Shown: positions 1-12,990, counted from the stretch's first letter. The stretch is 64,000 nucleotides of DNA from Squalus acanthias (GCA_030390025.1 JASTWF010000338.1:186001-250000); one strand, 5' to 3'. Notes: generated by a model not told the origin, from the sequence alone. A program made the numbers and translations.

Positions 1-2050
1 TGTGTTGATGATCTGGCATGTCTTGCAGAGTTTGCCATGGCAGGGTTGTGTGGTGTCGTGGTCGCTGTTATCCTGAAAGCTGGGTAATTTGCTGCGAACG
101 ATGGTACTTCTGAGGTTAGGCGGCTGTTTGAAGGCAAGTAGTGGAGGCGTGGGGATGGCCTTAGCGAGGTGTTTGTCGTCATCGATGACATGTTGAAGGC
201 TGCGAAGAACATGTCGTAGTTTCTCCGCTCCGGGGAAGTACTGGACGACGTAGGGTACCCTGTTGGTTGTGTCCCGTGTTTGCCTTCTGAGGAGGTCTAT
301 GCGATTTTTCGCTGTGGCCCGTCGGAACTGTCGATCGATGAGTCGAGCGTCATATCCCGTTCTTACGAGGGCGTTTTTCAGCGTCCGTAGGTGTCCATCG
401 CGTTCCTCCTCGTCTGAGCAGATCCTGTGTATTCGCAGGGCTTGTCCATAGGGGATGGCTTCTTTAACATGGTTAGGGTGGAAGCTGGAGAAGTGGAGCA
501 TCGTGAGGTTGTCCGTGGGCTTGCGGTAGAGTGAAGTGCTGAGGTGTCCGTCTTTGATGGAGATTCGTGTGTCCAGGAATGAGACCGATTCTGAGGAGTA
601 GTCCATGGTGAGTTTGATGGTGGGATGGAACTTGTTTATGTTATCGTGTAGTCTTTTCAGTGATCCTTCGCCATGGGTCCAAAGGAAGAAAATGTCGTCG
701 ATGTATCTGGTGTACAGCGTTGGCTGGAGGTCCTGTGCAGCGAAGAAGTCTTGCTCGAACTTGTGCATGAAGATGTTGGCGTATTGGGGTGCGAATTTGG
801 TCCCCATGGCTGTTCCGTGTGTTTGGGTAAAAAAATGGTTGTCGAAGGTGAAGACATTGTGGTCAAGGATGAAGCGGATGAGTTGTAGGATGGCGTCTGG
901 AGATTGGCTGTTGTTGATGTTGAGTACTGAGGCTGTTGCAGCGATGCCGTCATCGTGGGGGATACTGGTGTAGAGTGCCGATACGTCCATCGTGGCAAGG
1001 AGTGTTCCTGGTTCAACTGGTCCGTGGGTGCTGAGTTTCTGTAAGAAGTCTGTAGTGTCGCGACAGAAGCTGGGGGTTCCCTGTACGATGGGTTTCAGAA
1101 TGCCCTCGACGTATCCAGAGAGGTTCTCACACAGGGTTCCATTGCCTGATACGATAGGACGTCCGGGTGTGTTGGCTTTGTGTATCTTTGGGAGGCAGTA
1201 GAAGTCTCCCACGCGGGGAGTACGTGGGATGAGAGCGCGTAGGATGTTTTGAAGGTCTGGATCAAAGGTCTTGATCAGTCTATTGAGTTGGCGGGTGTGT
1301 TCTTTGGTCGGATCTGCGGGTAGCTGTCTGTAGTGTTCCTGGTTGTCCAGTTGTCGGTATGCTTCTTTACAATAGTCCGTTCTGTTCTGTATGACGATGG
1401 CTCCTCCTTTGTCCGCTGGTTTGATGACAATGTTGCGGTTGGTCTTGAGAGCGTGGATGGCGTTGCGTTGTGCTCGGGTGACATTCTGGACTGTCTTGTG
1501 AGTGCGGCTGATGAATCTGGCGTTGATGCATTTCCTGACAGCTTGAGCATACATGTCAAGCTTGGGGCAGCGACCCTCCGGAGGGGTCCAGTTTGACTCT
1601 TTTTTCTTCGGTTGCTGCACTGCGAGTCCCTCTGTCTGCTGTTCTGGATCATTGATTGTCTCATTGGGTTTGTTGCTGACATCTTGGGATTTGTGGAAGT
1701 ATTCCCGGAGCCTCATTCTCCTGATGAATTCCTCCGTGTCTGCCGCGAGACCGATGGGGTCCATTTTGGTGGTTGGGCAGAACTTGAGCCCTAGGGCGAG
1801 AACTTCGATTTCGTCTGGTTGAAGGGTGTGGTCCGACAGGTTGACGATGGACTTCCCTGTGGTTGCAACCATGGTACCGGGGGAGGCTTGGTTGCTGCTG
1901 GTGGTGATGCCGAGTTTCTCAAGCTTCCTGTTCTTGATGCGCATGTAGGCAGCGTAGTTCCGTTGCCTCGTCTGTTTGGTGGTGTCTCGTAACTGGTCTG
2001 CTGTGTCCTGAGCACAGGCTGAGAGCATGGACTCTATCTTGGTTTCGAGG
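1..2050 (-). mobile_element. Penelope-like retroelement (RT running into the Cys-rich linker before GIY-YIG), 5'-truncated, continues off the left edge
   Basis: Manual minus-strand translation gives IVNLSDHTLQPDEIEVLALGLKFCPT, PTLYTRYIDDIFFLWTHG and LAFKQPPNLRSTIVRSKL...PCHGKLCKTC, all typical of PLE ORFs. The frame is probably absent from the ORF track because it has no stop before the window edge. Confidence 0.9.
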
Positions 2051-2639
2051 CAGAGTAAAAAAGAAAGGAAGTTATGTTAAAGTATTTACCAGGGAGACTA
2101 AGGTATTTTGGGGTCAGATTTCATCGATAAATTTGGTGTAATTGTGGATTATGCGAATGATCTGTTGTGTTTGTGAAAGGACACTATCACGGCAGAGTGG
2201 TATCGGACACGCGTGCTGTTTCTGTGATTGAGGATCCCGAGACATACGAGTAGTTACACACAGACCCGGACACACAAGCTCTGTTAACTCAGTATCGGGC
2301 CGCGCTCGCTACTCACAAGCACGATGGCGGGCGCTGATAGAGGAGGAGGTGGTGAACGGGCCGGCCCATGTTAAAGTAAAACAGTTCCCCATTCCAGCTG
2401 AGAGTCCGTTAGCGCTACAAACCACCATAGACACATTGCTGCAGCAGGGCGTTATACGGCCGGACACTTTTACAACTAATTCACCAATTTGGCCAGTTAA
2501 GAAACTAGATGGGAGTTGTTGACTCTCGGTCGATTACCGAACCTTAAGCATGGTAACGCCGGCACGTGTCCTCATAGAGCGAGAGACGCCCACATTACTG
2601 TCCCAAATACCAAGGAAAACCAGGTAGCTCTTCAACCTG

Positions 2640-3085
2640 AAGTCGCACAACACCAGGTTATAGTCCAACAGATGTATTTAATTTTACAAGCTTTCGGAGC
2701 TGTTCGCTCCTTCTTCAGGTAAGGTAGCTGTGAGAGAATCTCCCAGAATTCACAATATAAACACAGAAAAAATCTATTCAAATCTTTCCCTACATCAAAG
2801 ACACACTAAGAGCACAGCCAAGACAATGAGATGTGTCCCAGGGGGTCCAACGTGTCAAAACACCTGCTGGCTGCATATCCTCTCCATTTGTTGTGTTAGT
2901 CTTTTTAAAACAAAACCTGGAAAGACCGGCCATGATGTCAAGTCACGTTCTGTATCGTGACATGAACCCGATATTGCGATTGAGGCCATCCTCATGAGTG
3001 CGGAACTTGGCTATCAGTTTCTGCTCTATGATTTTGCGCTGTCGTGTATCCCGAAGGCCGCCTTGGAGAACGCTTACCCGCAGAT
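2640..3085 (-). mobile_element. Penelope-like 3' fragment (GIY-YIG C-terminus + 3' UTR) with 12-bp TSD
   Basis: Minus strand encodes RKIIEQKLIAKFRTHEDGLN. CTCTTCAACCTG is duplicated at 2628-2639 and 3086-3097. Confidence 0.85.
2681..2725 (-). ncRNA. Minimal hammerhead ribozyme core (Penelope-associated)
   Basis: Minus strand reads CTGAAGA-aGGAGCgaacaGCTCC-GAAA, i.e. CUGANGA box, stem II, GAAA box. Confidence 0.7.
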
Positions 3086-4156
3086 CTCTTCAACCTGGAC
3101 ATTGTAAATGGGATTTGGAGCATTCCCATCTGGCAGAAAGTGCAGAGCACTGATCAGCACAAGGTGGACATTATTCAAAGACTTCCCCTACCAGTTTCAA
3201 AGACAGCCCTGAGGTCACTCCTCGGATTAGTGGGGTACCAGCGATCCTTTATTCCCCACTTCGCAGAGGGAGCAAAACCATTGTAGGAATTTTTGAACTT
3301 ACCGAGTGACGAGATAAAGGCACAGTTTGCTGCCGTGTTTGTGCCAGCTCATTTTACTTTTGTCACGAGGAGACAGAAGGACATTTTGTCAGTGCTTGTT
3401 TGATGATCATGTTTGATTTTGTGTCTTGTGGAAACATTTGAGTTGTGTTTTATTGAAGGTTAAGAAATACCTGCTTTAAGAAATTTTAATAAAATTTACC
3501 TCATGTGCCAAAAAGATCTTTAATCTTACATTCCTGTTGTCCATTAAAAAAGAGGCTTGATACAGTCCCATCATTAAATAATCTTCACAATGATTCCCAT
3601 AATCAGTGATGTGTATCTGGAAATTGAAGTCTTATTGCTTCATACATTGACTTCTCGGGGATTTATGTTCAGTTTACACGGTGTTTTTAAAGTGTCAGTC
3701 AGGGGAAGAGATGTCAGTGCTGGGGGCTGGAATGTTCTCCACATTTCAGATGACCCCCAGTCAGCATCAAGTACTCCTGGACCGAGTGTAGCACAGACAG
3801 CTGCAGAGTAAAGTCCCATATGGAACCTCAGCCCAAAGCTCACAAGAGCAATCACTCCTCCACCAGTTGGACACTTCCATTTCCCACACCACTTGATCTT
3901 TTCCCCACTCGGAGTCAGATTACCAATGAGCGGACAGTTACAGCCATCCTTTGAGATGAAAGGATCATTTCCTGTCCACTTTACCACCCGTCCCACAGCT
4001 GATCTCACTCGTCTCAGGCAAGTCAAAGCTTCAACACTGTTCCCCAGTGGTTGATGCTCAGAAATATTGGGGTGGAAATTATTTATGGCCCGTTTCTGGG
4101 CCATAACCAGCGGTGCACCGACAGCGCATGTCCGAAGCCTGAGGCCGGCCTGAAAT

Positions 4157-4565
4157 TGGATGTGGGCATCACCGGCAAGGCCAGCATTTATTGCCAATCC
4201 CTAATTGTCCTCGAGAAGGTGGTGGTGAGCCGCCTTCTTCAATACAACTGAGTGGCTTGCTCGGCTCTTCAGAGGGCAGTTCAGAGTCAGCCACATTGCT
4301 GTGGGTCTGGAGTCACATCCAGGTAAGGACGGCAGATTTCCTTCCCTAAAGGACATTAGTGAACCAGATGGGTTTTTACAACAATCCGGTCGTTTCATGG
4401 TCACCATTACTGATGCTAGCTTTTTATTCCAGATTTATTTATTTAATTAATTGAATTATAAATTCCACAGTTGCCGCGGTGGGATTATGAACTGATGTTA
4501 CCGGGTGATTAGTCCAGACCTCTGGATTACTAGTCCAGTAACATAACCACGATGCTACCGTACCC
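4157..4565 (-). mobile_element. tRNA-derived SINE-like repeat with LINE-derived tail
   Basis: Minus-strand head GTGGTTATGTTACTGGACTAGTAATCCAGAG...AATCCCACC resembles tRNA A/B boxes. Family not assigned. Confidence 0.5.
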
Positions 4566-4924
4566 CATAAAGTACCAATCATTGCAGGAGCAGTCTCTGT
4601 ACACAATGCAAATCAATGACACATTGGTTTCATTGCCCTACATACAGATACAGTCAGATCTACGAGAACCATCGTCAAGTACACTATTGGACTCTTCAAT
4701 CAATAATCCTGATGTCTCGACAGATCTGTGGGCTTCCTCCAATACGGCCAGGCAGAATGTGACGCATCATCGTGATTTGTTCCAGCTTCACAGTTTTGTG
4801 GCTCAGTTGGTACGGAGTGGAGCTATATTCGGGGGTGATGCACAGCCAAATATAGAGGAAAAACAAGTCAGCCTGGAAGGCAGAGCAAATATGCAACGGC
4901 ACAAGGGAGTATGGCAAGGCTGGA

Positions 4925-7160
4925 TAGCAGTTATTTTAATGCAAGGATTCTTGCGAGTAAGGTAGATGAATTGAAGGTGTTGATGAACACATGGGAGTAT
5001 GATATTGTTGCTATCACAGAGACATGGTTGAGGGAGGGGCAGGACTGGCAGCTCAATATTCCGGGGTATAGAATCTTCAGGTGAGACAGAGGGGGGTGTA
5101 AAAGAGGAGGGGGTGTCGCAATATTAATCAAGGAGTCAATTACTGCTGTAAGGAGGGATGATATCTTAGCAGGTTCCTCTAATGAGGCCATATGGGTAGA
5201 ACTTAAAAACAAAAAGGGGGCAAGCACTTTGCTGGGAGTGTACTATAGGCCCCCAAACAGTCAGGGGGAGATAGAGGAACAGATATGTAGGCAACTCTCA
5301 GAGAAGTGTAGAAATAATAGGGTAATAATAGTAGGGGATTTCAACTTCCCCAATATTAACTGGGATAGTCAGAGTGTGAAAGGCTTAGAGGGCGCAGAAT
5401 TCTTAAAGTGCATCCAGGAGAGCTTTTTGAGCCAGCATGTAGAAAGTTCTACAAGAGAGGGGTTGGTACTGGACCTAATTCTAGGGAATGTAGCCGGGCA
5501 AGTGGTAGAAGTGTCAGTAGGAGAGCATTTTGGTGACAGTGACCATAATTCGGTGAGATTTAAGGTAGTCATGGAAAAGGACAAAGATGGACCGGAAATA
5601 AAGGTTCTAAATTGGGGGAAGGCCGATTTTAATATGATAAGGCAGGATCTGGCCAAAGTGGACTGGGATCAGCTACTTGTAGGAAAATCCACATCAGAGC
5701 AGTGGGAGTCTTTCAGAAAGGAAATAGAGAGAGTACAACGCCAACATGCTCCTGTAAAGGTCAAGGGTGGGACCAACAAGCCCAGGGAACTCTGGATGTC
5801 AAGGGATATACAAGAATGGATTAGGAAAAAAAGGGAGGCTTTTGGCAGATACAAAGGACTAAAAACAGTGGAAGCCCTAGAGGAGTATAGTAAGTGCAGG
5901 GGGGTACTTAAAAACGAAATTAGGAGAGCGAAGAGGGGGCATGAAAAAACACTTGTGGGCAAAATAAAGGAAAATTCCAAGGTGTTTTATAAATATATTA
6001 AGGGCAAGAGGATAACCAGGGAAAGAGTAGGGCCCATTGGGGACCAAAGTGGCAATCTGTGTGTAGAGCCGGAAGATGTAGGTGAGGTTTTAAAATGAAT
6101 ATTTTGCATCTGTGTTCACTATGGAGAAGGACGATGTAGGCATAGAAATCAGGCAGGGGGATTGTGATATACTTGAACAAATTAGTATTGAGAGGGAGGA
6201 GATACTAGCAGTATTAGCGGGCTTAAAAGTGGATAAATCCCCAGGCCCAGACGAGATGTATCCCAGGCTGCTCTGTGAGGCAAGGGAGGAGATTGCAGGG
6301 GCTCTGACACAAATTTTCAGAACCGCTCTGGCCACAGGGGAGGTGCCAGAGGACTGGAGAACAGCTAACGTAGTACCATTATTCAAGAAGGGTAGTAGGG
6401 ATAAACCAGGGAATTACAGGCCAGTGAGCCTAACATCAGTGGTAGGGAAATTCTAGGAAAAAATTCTGAGGGACAGAATTAGCAGGGATTAATCAGGGAT
6501 AGTCAGCATGGCTTTGTCAGGGGGAGGTCATGTCTGACCAATTTGATTGAATTTTTCGAGGGGGTGACTGGATGTGTGGATGAGGGTAGTGCAGTTGATG
6601 TGGTCTACATGGACTTCAGTAAGGCTTTTGACAAATTCTCACATGGGAGACTGGTCAAGAAGGTCAGAGCCCATGGGATCCAGGGCAATTTGGCACATTG
6701 GATCCAAAATTGGCTTAGTGGCAGGAGGCAGAGGGTGATGGTCGAAGGTTGTTTTTGTGACTGGAAGCCTGTGTCCAGTGGTGTACCGCAGGGATCGGTG
6801 CTGGGTCCTTTGCTGTTTGTAGTGTACATTAATGATTTAGATATGAATGTAGGAGGTATGATCAGTAAGTTCGCAGATGACACGAAAATTGGTGGAGTGG
6901 TAAATAGCGAGGAGGGAAGCCTCAGGCTACATGACGATCTCGACGGGATGGTTAGATGGGCAGAACAATGGCAAATGGAATTTAACCCTGAAAAGTGTGA
7001 GGTGATGCATTTTGGGAGGACTAACAAGGCAAGGGAATACACAATGAATGGTAGGACCCTAGGAAGGACAAAGGATCAGAGGGACCTTGGTGTGCATGTA
7101 CATAGATCCCTGAAGGCAGCAGGACAGGAAGATAAGGTGGTTAAGAAGGCGTATGGGATA
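4925..7160 (+). mobile_element. CR1-type LINE ORF2 (APE endonuclease + RT), disrupted by stops, 3'-truncated
   Basis: GVYYRPP, VGDFNFP, SDHN, KSPGPD, NYRPVSLTS, GVPQGSVLGP and FADD across ORFs 5229-6098, 6112-6456 and 6543-7277. Confidence 0.92.
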
Positions 7161-7164
7161 CAAA

Positions 7165-7540
7165 AATCTAGGCTGACACTCCAGTGCAGTGCTGAGGGGG
7201 TGCTGCTTTGTCGGAGGTGCCGTCCTTTGGATGAGACGTTAAACCGAGGCCACGTCTGCCCTCTCAGGGGGACGTAAAAGATCCCATGGCACTATTCGAA
7301 GAGCAGGGGAGTTATCCCCGGGGTCCTAGCCAATATTTATCCCTCATTCAACATCACTAAAACAGATTATCTGGTCATTATCAGATTGCAGTTTGTGGGA
7401 GCTTGCTGTGCGCAATTTGGCTGCCGCATTTCCTACATTACAACAGTGACTACACTTCAAAAAGTATTTCATTGGCTGTAAAGCGCTTTGGGTCATCCGG
7501 TGGTCGTCAAAGGTGCCATAGAAATGCAAGACTTTCTTTT
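7165..7540 (+). mobile_element. Deu-domain SINE (AmnSINE1/SacSINE1-like)
   Basis: GGAGGTGCCGTCCTTTGGATGAGACGTTAAACCGAGG...AAAGATCCCATGGCACT matches my recollection of the DeuSINE core. A second copy lies at 59628-60025. Confidence 0.75.
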
Positions 7541-8648
7541 TACACACAGAATTGTCTATTCTTTACTGCCTTGGTGTCTGCCCCAGTGCCAGTATACTGT
7601 GCTCTGGTGCCTAATCTGGCGCTTCTATAAGGCGCTTCTCCAGTGACTGGGCCATTGGAGCTCAGGTCCTGTCATTAGCCGTGTTAGCTTTGCCTGACTC
7701 TAAAAATGGTCCTACATCGGCCAATCTCCAGTCCTCCGGCTCTCATCCACACTCAGTCGAGCTCTGAAATATATTATCTCGGGCCTGGGCCATTTCCTCC
7801 CTCATCCCACCTCCTTTTACCGTTGACCTCTGGCTCGGCTCACCCATGGAGCTGTCAGATTTTTGTCCCTCCCAGTTCGGTGAGCTACCCGTTAGCGCAC
7901 ATTGAGCACAGGGCAGCTTGCTGACTGTATGTTAATGAGGTCTGAACTCAAAACTGGTTTGGGCCTCCCGCTCAATCTATTGAGGGGACGCACCACCGAC
8001 TTCACTCCCGCTTTGGACAAAAATCACGCCCCTAATTTTATCCCACACTCCTGCTAATCCCGTTCTTACTTTAATATTCCACTTTATTCCAGCAATTAAT
8101 TCTGTTTTAACAGGATTGATGGACTTTGCTTCAACACCGTGTTGTGGCAGAGAATTCCACATCCTAACCACACTCTGTAATGGAGGAGAAATTCAACTCA
8201 CCGCCATCTGGTATGATGGTGAGGGAGGGGGTGGCCGGGAGAGTGGGCCACAATCGGCAGGATGGGGCTGAGCGGGAAGGAGGGGGAAACAATCGGATGG
8301 GAGGGAGGGGGCCGTGCGGGACTGAGGGCGGAAACAATGGTGAGGGAGGGTGGATGTGATCAGAGGGGAGGGAGTGGGCCGAGTGGAGGCCAGCAATGTT
8401 CTTTGGCACTGCAGTGGAGCCGGGAGGGGAGCTCCTGCACCTCGCCGTTCCACATTCAGCCAAGTATTTTTTTAAAATAACTTTTTGGTGACAGCCTCTA
8501 GTGGTCCCTTTAAGGACCACCGGCTAGGCCTCAGGTAGTCCATGTTTTCCTGAATGTAGCGGTGGGGTGAAGGATGTGGGGGATGCACAAGAGGCCAGAG
8601 TTGAATGAACATAGTGTTCTGGTGGGTTGTAGGGCTGGGGCAGGTTAC

Positions 8649-10745
8649 ATAAGAACATAAGAATAGGAGCAGGAGGAGGCCATTTGGCCCCTCGAGCCTG
8701 CTCCGCCATTTAATGAGATCATGGCTGATCTGATCTTGGGCTCAGCTCCATTTCCCTGCCCGCTCCCCATAACCCATCACTCCCTTATTGTTCAAAAATC
8801 TGTCTATCTCCACCTTAAATATATTCAATGACCCAGCCTCCACAGCTCTCTGGGGCAGAGAATTCCACAGATTTACGACCCTCTGAGAGAAGAAATTCCT
8901 CCTCATCTCAGTTTTAAATGGGCAACCCCTTATTCTGAAACTATGCCCCCTAGTTCTAGATTCCCCCATGAGGGGAAACATCTTCTCTGCATCTACCTTG
9001 TCGAGCCCCCTCAGTATCTTATATGTTTCAATAAGATCACATCTCATTCATCTAAACACCAATGAGTATCGGCCCAACCTGCTCAACCTTTCTTCATAAG
9101 TCAACCCCTTCATCTCAGGAATCAACCTCATGAACCTTCTCTGAACTGCCTCCAATGCAAGTATATCCCTCCTTAAATAAGGAGACCAAAACTGTACGCA
9201 GTACTCCAGGTGTGGTCTCACCAATACCCTGTACAGTTGTAGCAGGACTTCCCTGCTTTTATACTCCATCCCCCTTGCAATAAAGGCCAACATTCCATTT
9301 GCCTTTTTGATTACTTGCTGTACCTGCATCCTAACATTTTGTGTTTCATGCACAAGGACCCCCAGGTCCCTCTGTACTGCAGCATTTTGTAATCACTCTC
9401 CATTTAAAAAATAATTTGCTTTTTTATTTTTCTTACCAAAGTGGATAACCTCACACTTTCCCACACTATACTCCATCTGCCAAATGTTTCCCCACTCACT
9501 TAGCCTGTCTCTATCCCTTTGCAGATTCTTCACAACTTGCTTGCCCACCTATCTTTGTATCATTAGCAAATTTGTCTACATTACACTCGGTCCCTTCATC
9601 CAAGTCATTAATATAGATTGTAAATAGTTGAGGCCCCAGCACTGATCCCTGTGGCACCCCACTAGTTACCGTTTCCCAACCGGAAAATGAGCCATTTACC
9701 CCAACTCTCTGTTTTCTGTTAGTTAGCCAATCCTCTATCCATGCTAATATATTACCCCCAACCCCGTGAGCCCTTTTCTTGTGCAGTAACCTTTTATGTG
9801 GCACCTTATCGAATGCCTTCTGGAAATCCAAATACGCCACATCCACTGGTTCCTCTTTATGCACCCTGCGTCTTACATCCTCAAAGAACTCCAGCAAAAT
9901 TGTCAAACATGATTTCCCTTTCATAAAACCATGTTGACTCTGCTTGACTGTATTATGATTTTCTAAATGTCCTGCTATTGTTTCCTTAATAATGGACTCC
10001 AGCATTTTTCCAATGACAGATGTTAGGCTAACTGGTCTATAGTTTCCTGCTTTCTGTCTCCCTCCCTTCTTAAATAGGGGCGTTACACTTGCGGTTTTCC
10101 AATCTGCTGGGACCTTGCCAGAGTCCAGGGAATTTTGGTAGATTGCAACCAATGCATCCACTATCTCTGCAGCCACTTCTAGGATGCAGGCCATCAGGTC
10201 CAGGGGACTTGTCCACCTTTAGTCCCATTATTTTACCGAGTACTTTTTCTTTAGTGATAGTGATTATTTTAAGTTCCCCCCTCCCTATAGCCCCTTGATT
10301 ATGTGTTATTGGGATGGTTTTAGTGTCCTCTACCGTGAAGACTAATACAAAATATTTGTTCAAAGTCTTTGCCATTTCCCTATTCCCCATTATTAATTCC
10401 CCAGTCTCATCCTCTAAGGGACCAACGTTTACTTTAGCTACTCTCTTCCTTTTTATATACCTGTAGAAGCTCTTACTATCTGTTTTCATATTTCTTGCGA
10501 GTTTACTCTCATAATCCATCTTCTCTCTCTTTATTACTTTTTTAGTCATCCATTGCTGGTTTTTAAAAATGTCCCAATCCTCTGGCCTTCCACTAATCTT
10601 TGCAACATTGTATGCCTTTGTCTTCAACTTGATACCATCTTTTCTTACTTAGTTAACCACTGATGGTTCTCCCTTCTCTTAAAGTCTTTCCTTCTCACTG
10701 GAATATATTTTTGTTGAGAGTTATGAAATATCTCCTTAAATGTTA
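8649..10745 (-). mobile_element. CR1 LINE, 5'-truncated, degenerate, with 3' UTR and microsatellite tail
   Basis: RT motifs YLDFQKAFDKVPH, GVPQGSVLGP and RPHLEYCVQFWSP. Tail CATAAGAACATAAGAA on the + strand. Confidence 0.92.
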
Positions 10746-10976
10746 TAGAGATAGAGAGGGGCGAGGACATGCTGGGATTTGAACACGAGGATCAGAATTT
10801 TGAATTTGAGCCGTTGTTGCAAAGTCCTGTGTATAGGCCATACTGTGGGACTTTTTATGCCCTCTAAATTATACAGCCATATATTGAAATCACTTATATA
10901 TAGTTTTACGGTGTGGTTTTACAATCTCCATTCATGCAGTTAAATAATTTTTAAAAGCAGTTTAAACACAAAATGA

Positions 10977-11360
10977 CATAAGAACATAAGAAATAGGAGC
11001 AGGAGTAGGCCATTCGGCCCATCGAGCCTGCTCCGCCATTAAATGAGATCATGGCTGATCTTCTGCCTCAACTCCATTCACCGGCCCTATCGCCATATCC
11101 CTTGATGCCCTTACTAGTCAGAAATCTATCGACTTCTGTTTTGAATATACCCAATGACTGAGCCTCCACAGCCCTCTGGGGTAGAGAATTCCAAAGATTC
11201 ACCACCCTCTGTGTGAAGAAATTTCTTCTCATCTTAGTCCTGAATGACCTACCCTTTATCCTGAGGCTGTGGCCCCTGGTTCTAGACTCCCCAGCTAAGG
11301 GAAACATTCTCCCAACATCCACCCTATCAAGTCCTGTAATCATTTTGTATGCTTCAATTA
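10977..11360 (-). mobile_element. CR1 3' fragment
   Basis: RTRGHSLRI...FFTQRVVNLWNSLP plus the CR1 3' UTR and tail. Confidence 0.88.
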
Positions 11361-11596
11361 TGACAATTGCATCAAGAGGGGAAAGATTTTATGCTGCGTG
11401 TGGAGGGCATGTGTAAACTAGCAGTTTAATCAGCCACTGCAGCCTTTATATTGAGCTCCTCGAGAATGACATCAACACGTCTTTCACATTGTTCATTCTG
11501 TCAAATATAACGAGTCACCGCCCTCTACTGGACTTCAATGGAACTTCCCACTCTGCACATTCACCTGTGGCACTGGCTTCAAACCTTTCTCTTTGG

Positions 11597-12620
11597 GGAC
11601 CCCCTGCAAATATTGACCCACTCCCAGGGACCCCCTGCAAATATTGACCCACTCCCAGGGACCCCCTGCAAATATTGACTCACTCCCAGGGACCCCCTGC
11701 AAATATTGACACTCTCCCAGGGACCCCCTGCAAATATTGACTCACTCCCAGGGACCCCCTGCAAATATTGACTCACTCCCAGGGACCCCCTGCAAATATT
11801 GACCCACTCCCAGGGACCCCCTGCAAATATTGACTCACTCCCAGGGACCCCCTGCAAATATTGACACTCTCCCAGGGACCCCCTGCAAATATTGACACTC
11901 TCCCAGGGACCCCCTGCAAATATTGACACACTCCCAGGGACCCCCTGCAAATATTGACACACTCCCAGGGACCCCCTGCAAATACTGACACTCTCCCAGG
12001 GCCCCCCGGCAAATATTGACACACTCCCAGGGACCCCCTGCAAATATTGACTCACTCCCAGGGACCCCCTGCAAATATTGACACTCTCCCAGGGTCCCCC
12101 CTGCAAATATTGACACTCTCCCAGGGACCCCCTGCAAATATTGACACTCTCCCAGGGACCCCCTGCAAATATTGACTCACTCCCAGGGACCCCCTGCAAA
12201 TATTGACCCACTCCCAGGGACCCCCTGCAAATATTGATTCACTCCCAGGGACCCCCTGCAAATATTGACACTCTCCCAGGGACCCCCTGCAAATATTGAC
12301 TCACTCCCGAGGACCCCCTGCAAATATTGACACACTCCCGGGGACCCCCTGCAAATATTGACACTCTCCCAGGGACCCCCTGCAAATATTGATTCACTCC
12401 CAGGGACCCCCTGCAAATATTGATTCACTCCCAGGGACCCCCCGGCAAATATTGACACACTCCCAGGGACCCCCTGCAAATATTGACAGACTGCCAGGGA
12501 CCCCCTGCAAATATTGACACTCTCCCAGGGACCCCCTGCAAATATTGACACACTCCCAGGGACCCCCTGCAAATATTGATTCACTCCCAGGGACCCCCTG
12601 CAAATATTGACACTCTCCCA
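11597..12620. repeat. Minisatellite, ~33 copies of a 31-bp unit GGGACCCCCTGCAAATATTGAC(N3)CTCCCA
   Basis: Directly visible tandem array; its ORFs repeat every 31 aa in all three minus frames. Confidence 0.95.
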
Positions 12621-12814
12621 GTGTAGGATACAGGATTGTTTTGGGTCATGAACTTTTGACGTTGGCTAATGGAAATCCGAGCTTTAAGTTAACCACAAAC
12701 TACAGACTTCATCTACTGCAAAGGAAAACGACAGAAAACAGACACAGAACAGAAAAGGGTAAAGGCCGCGACTTTGGTTACTACAACAATCACGGGAGGC
12801 AGATAGGGAGATAT

Positions 12815-12990
12815 CAGGGGGAAATCACGGGGGGAGATTGCAGGGGGAAATCACGGGGGGAGATTGCAGGGGGAAATCACGGGGGGAGATTGCAGGGGGG
12901 GAATCACGGGGGGAGATTGCAGGGGGGAAATCACGGGGGGAGATTGCAGGGGGGGAATCACGGGGGGAGATTGCAGGGGGGAAATCGTGG
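12815..12990 (+). repeat. G-rich minisatellite, ~6 x 26-27 bp (GGGGGAAATCACGGGGGGAGATTGCA)
   Basis: Directly visible tandem array with G5-G7 runs. Confidence 0.9.

Larger units (their letters stand above)
2051..3320 (+). pseudogene. Decayed, internally deleted protease/RT fragment related to the pol at 29411-33934, split by a Penelope insertion
   Basis: GILGSDF..VIVD, ALATHKHD, LLQQGVIRP..TNSPIWPVKK and LDIVNGIWSIPI parallel GILGSDL..ILVD, AFATHKHD, LVQQGVLRP..VNSPLWPVRK and LDISNGFWSIPL in the intact pol. Stops and deletions are present. Confidence 0.8.

Noticed and set aside
3640..4197. 185-aa minus-strand ORF
   Set aside because: Starts within a SINE/LINE fragment and has no motifs; probably chance.
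7640..8530. GC-rich stretches resembling CpG-island promoters (also about 15840-16190 and 61490-62000)
   Set aside because: They look like pieces of GC-rich MITE-type repeats; I could not define termini or link them to a gene.
11425..11510. Possible host terminal exon (minus strand, NEQCERRVDVILEELNIKAAVAD)
   Set aside because: Only a weak acceptor and a short peptide; no partner exons identifiable.
11597..12620. CRISPR-like array or repetitive protein ORFs (up to 210 aa)
   Set aside because: No unique spacers, no cas genes and a vertebrate context. The ORFs are by-products of a 31-bp repeat that is open in all frames.
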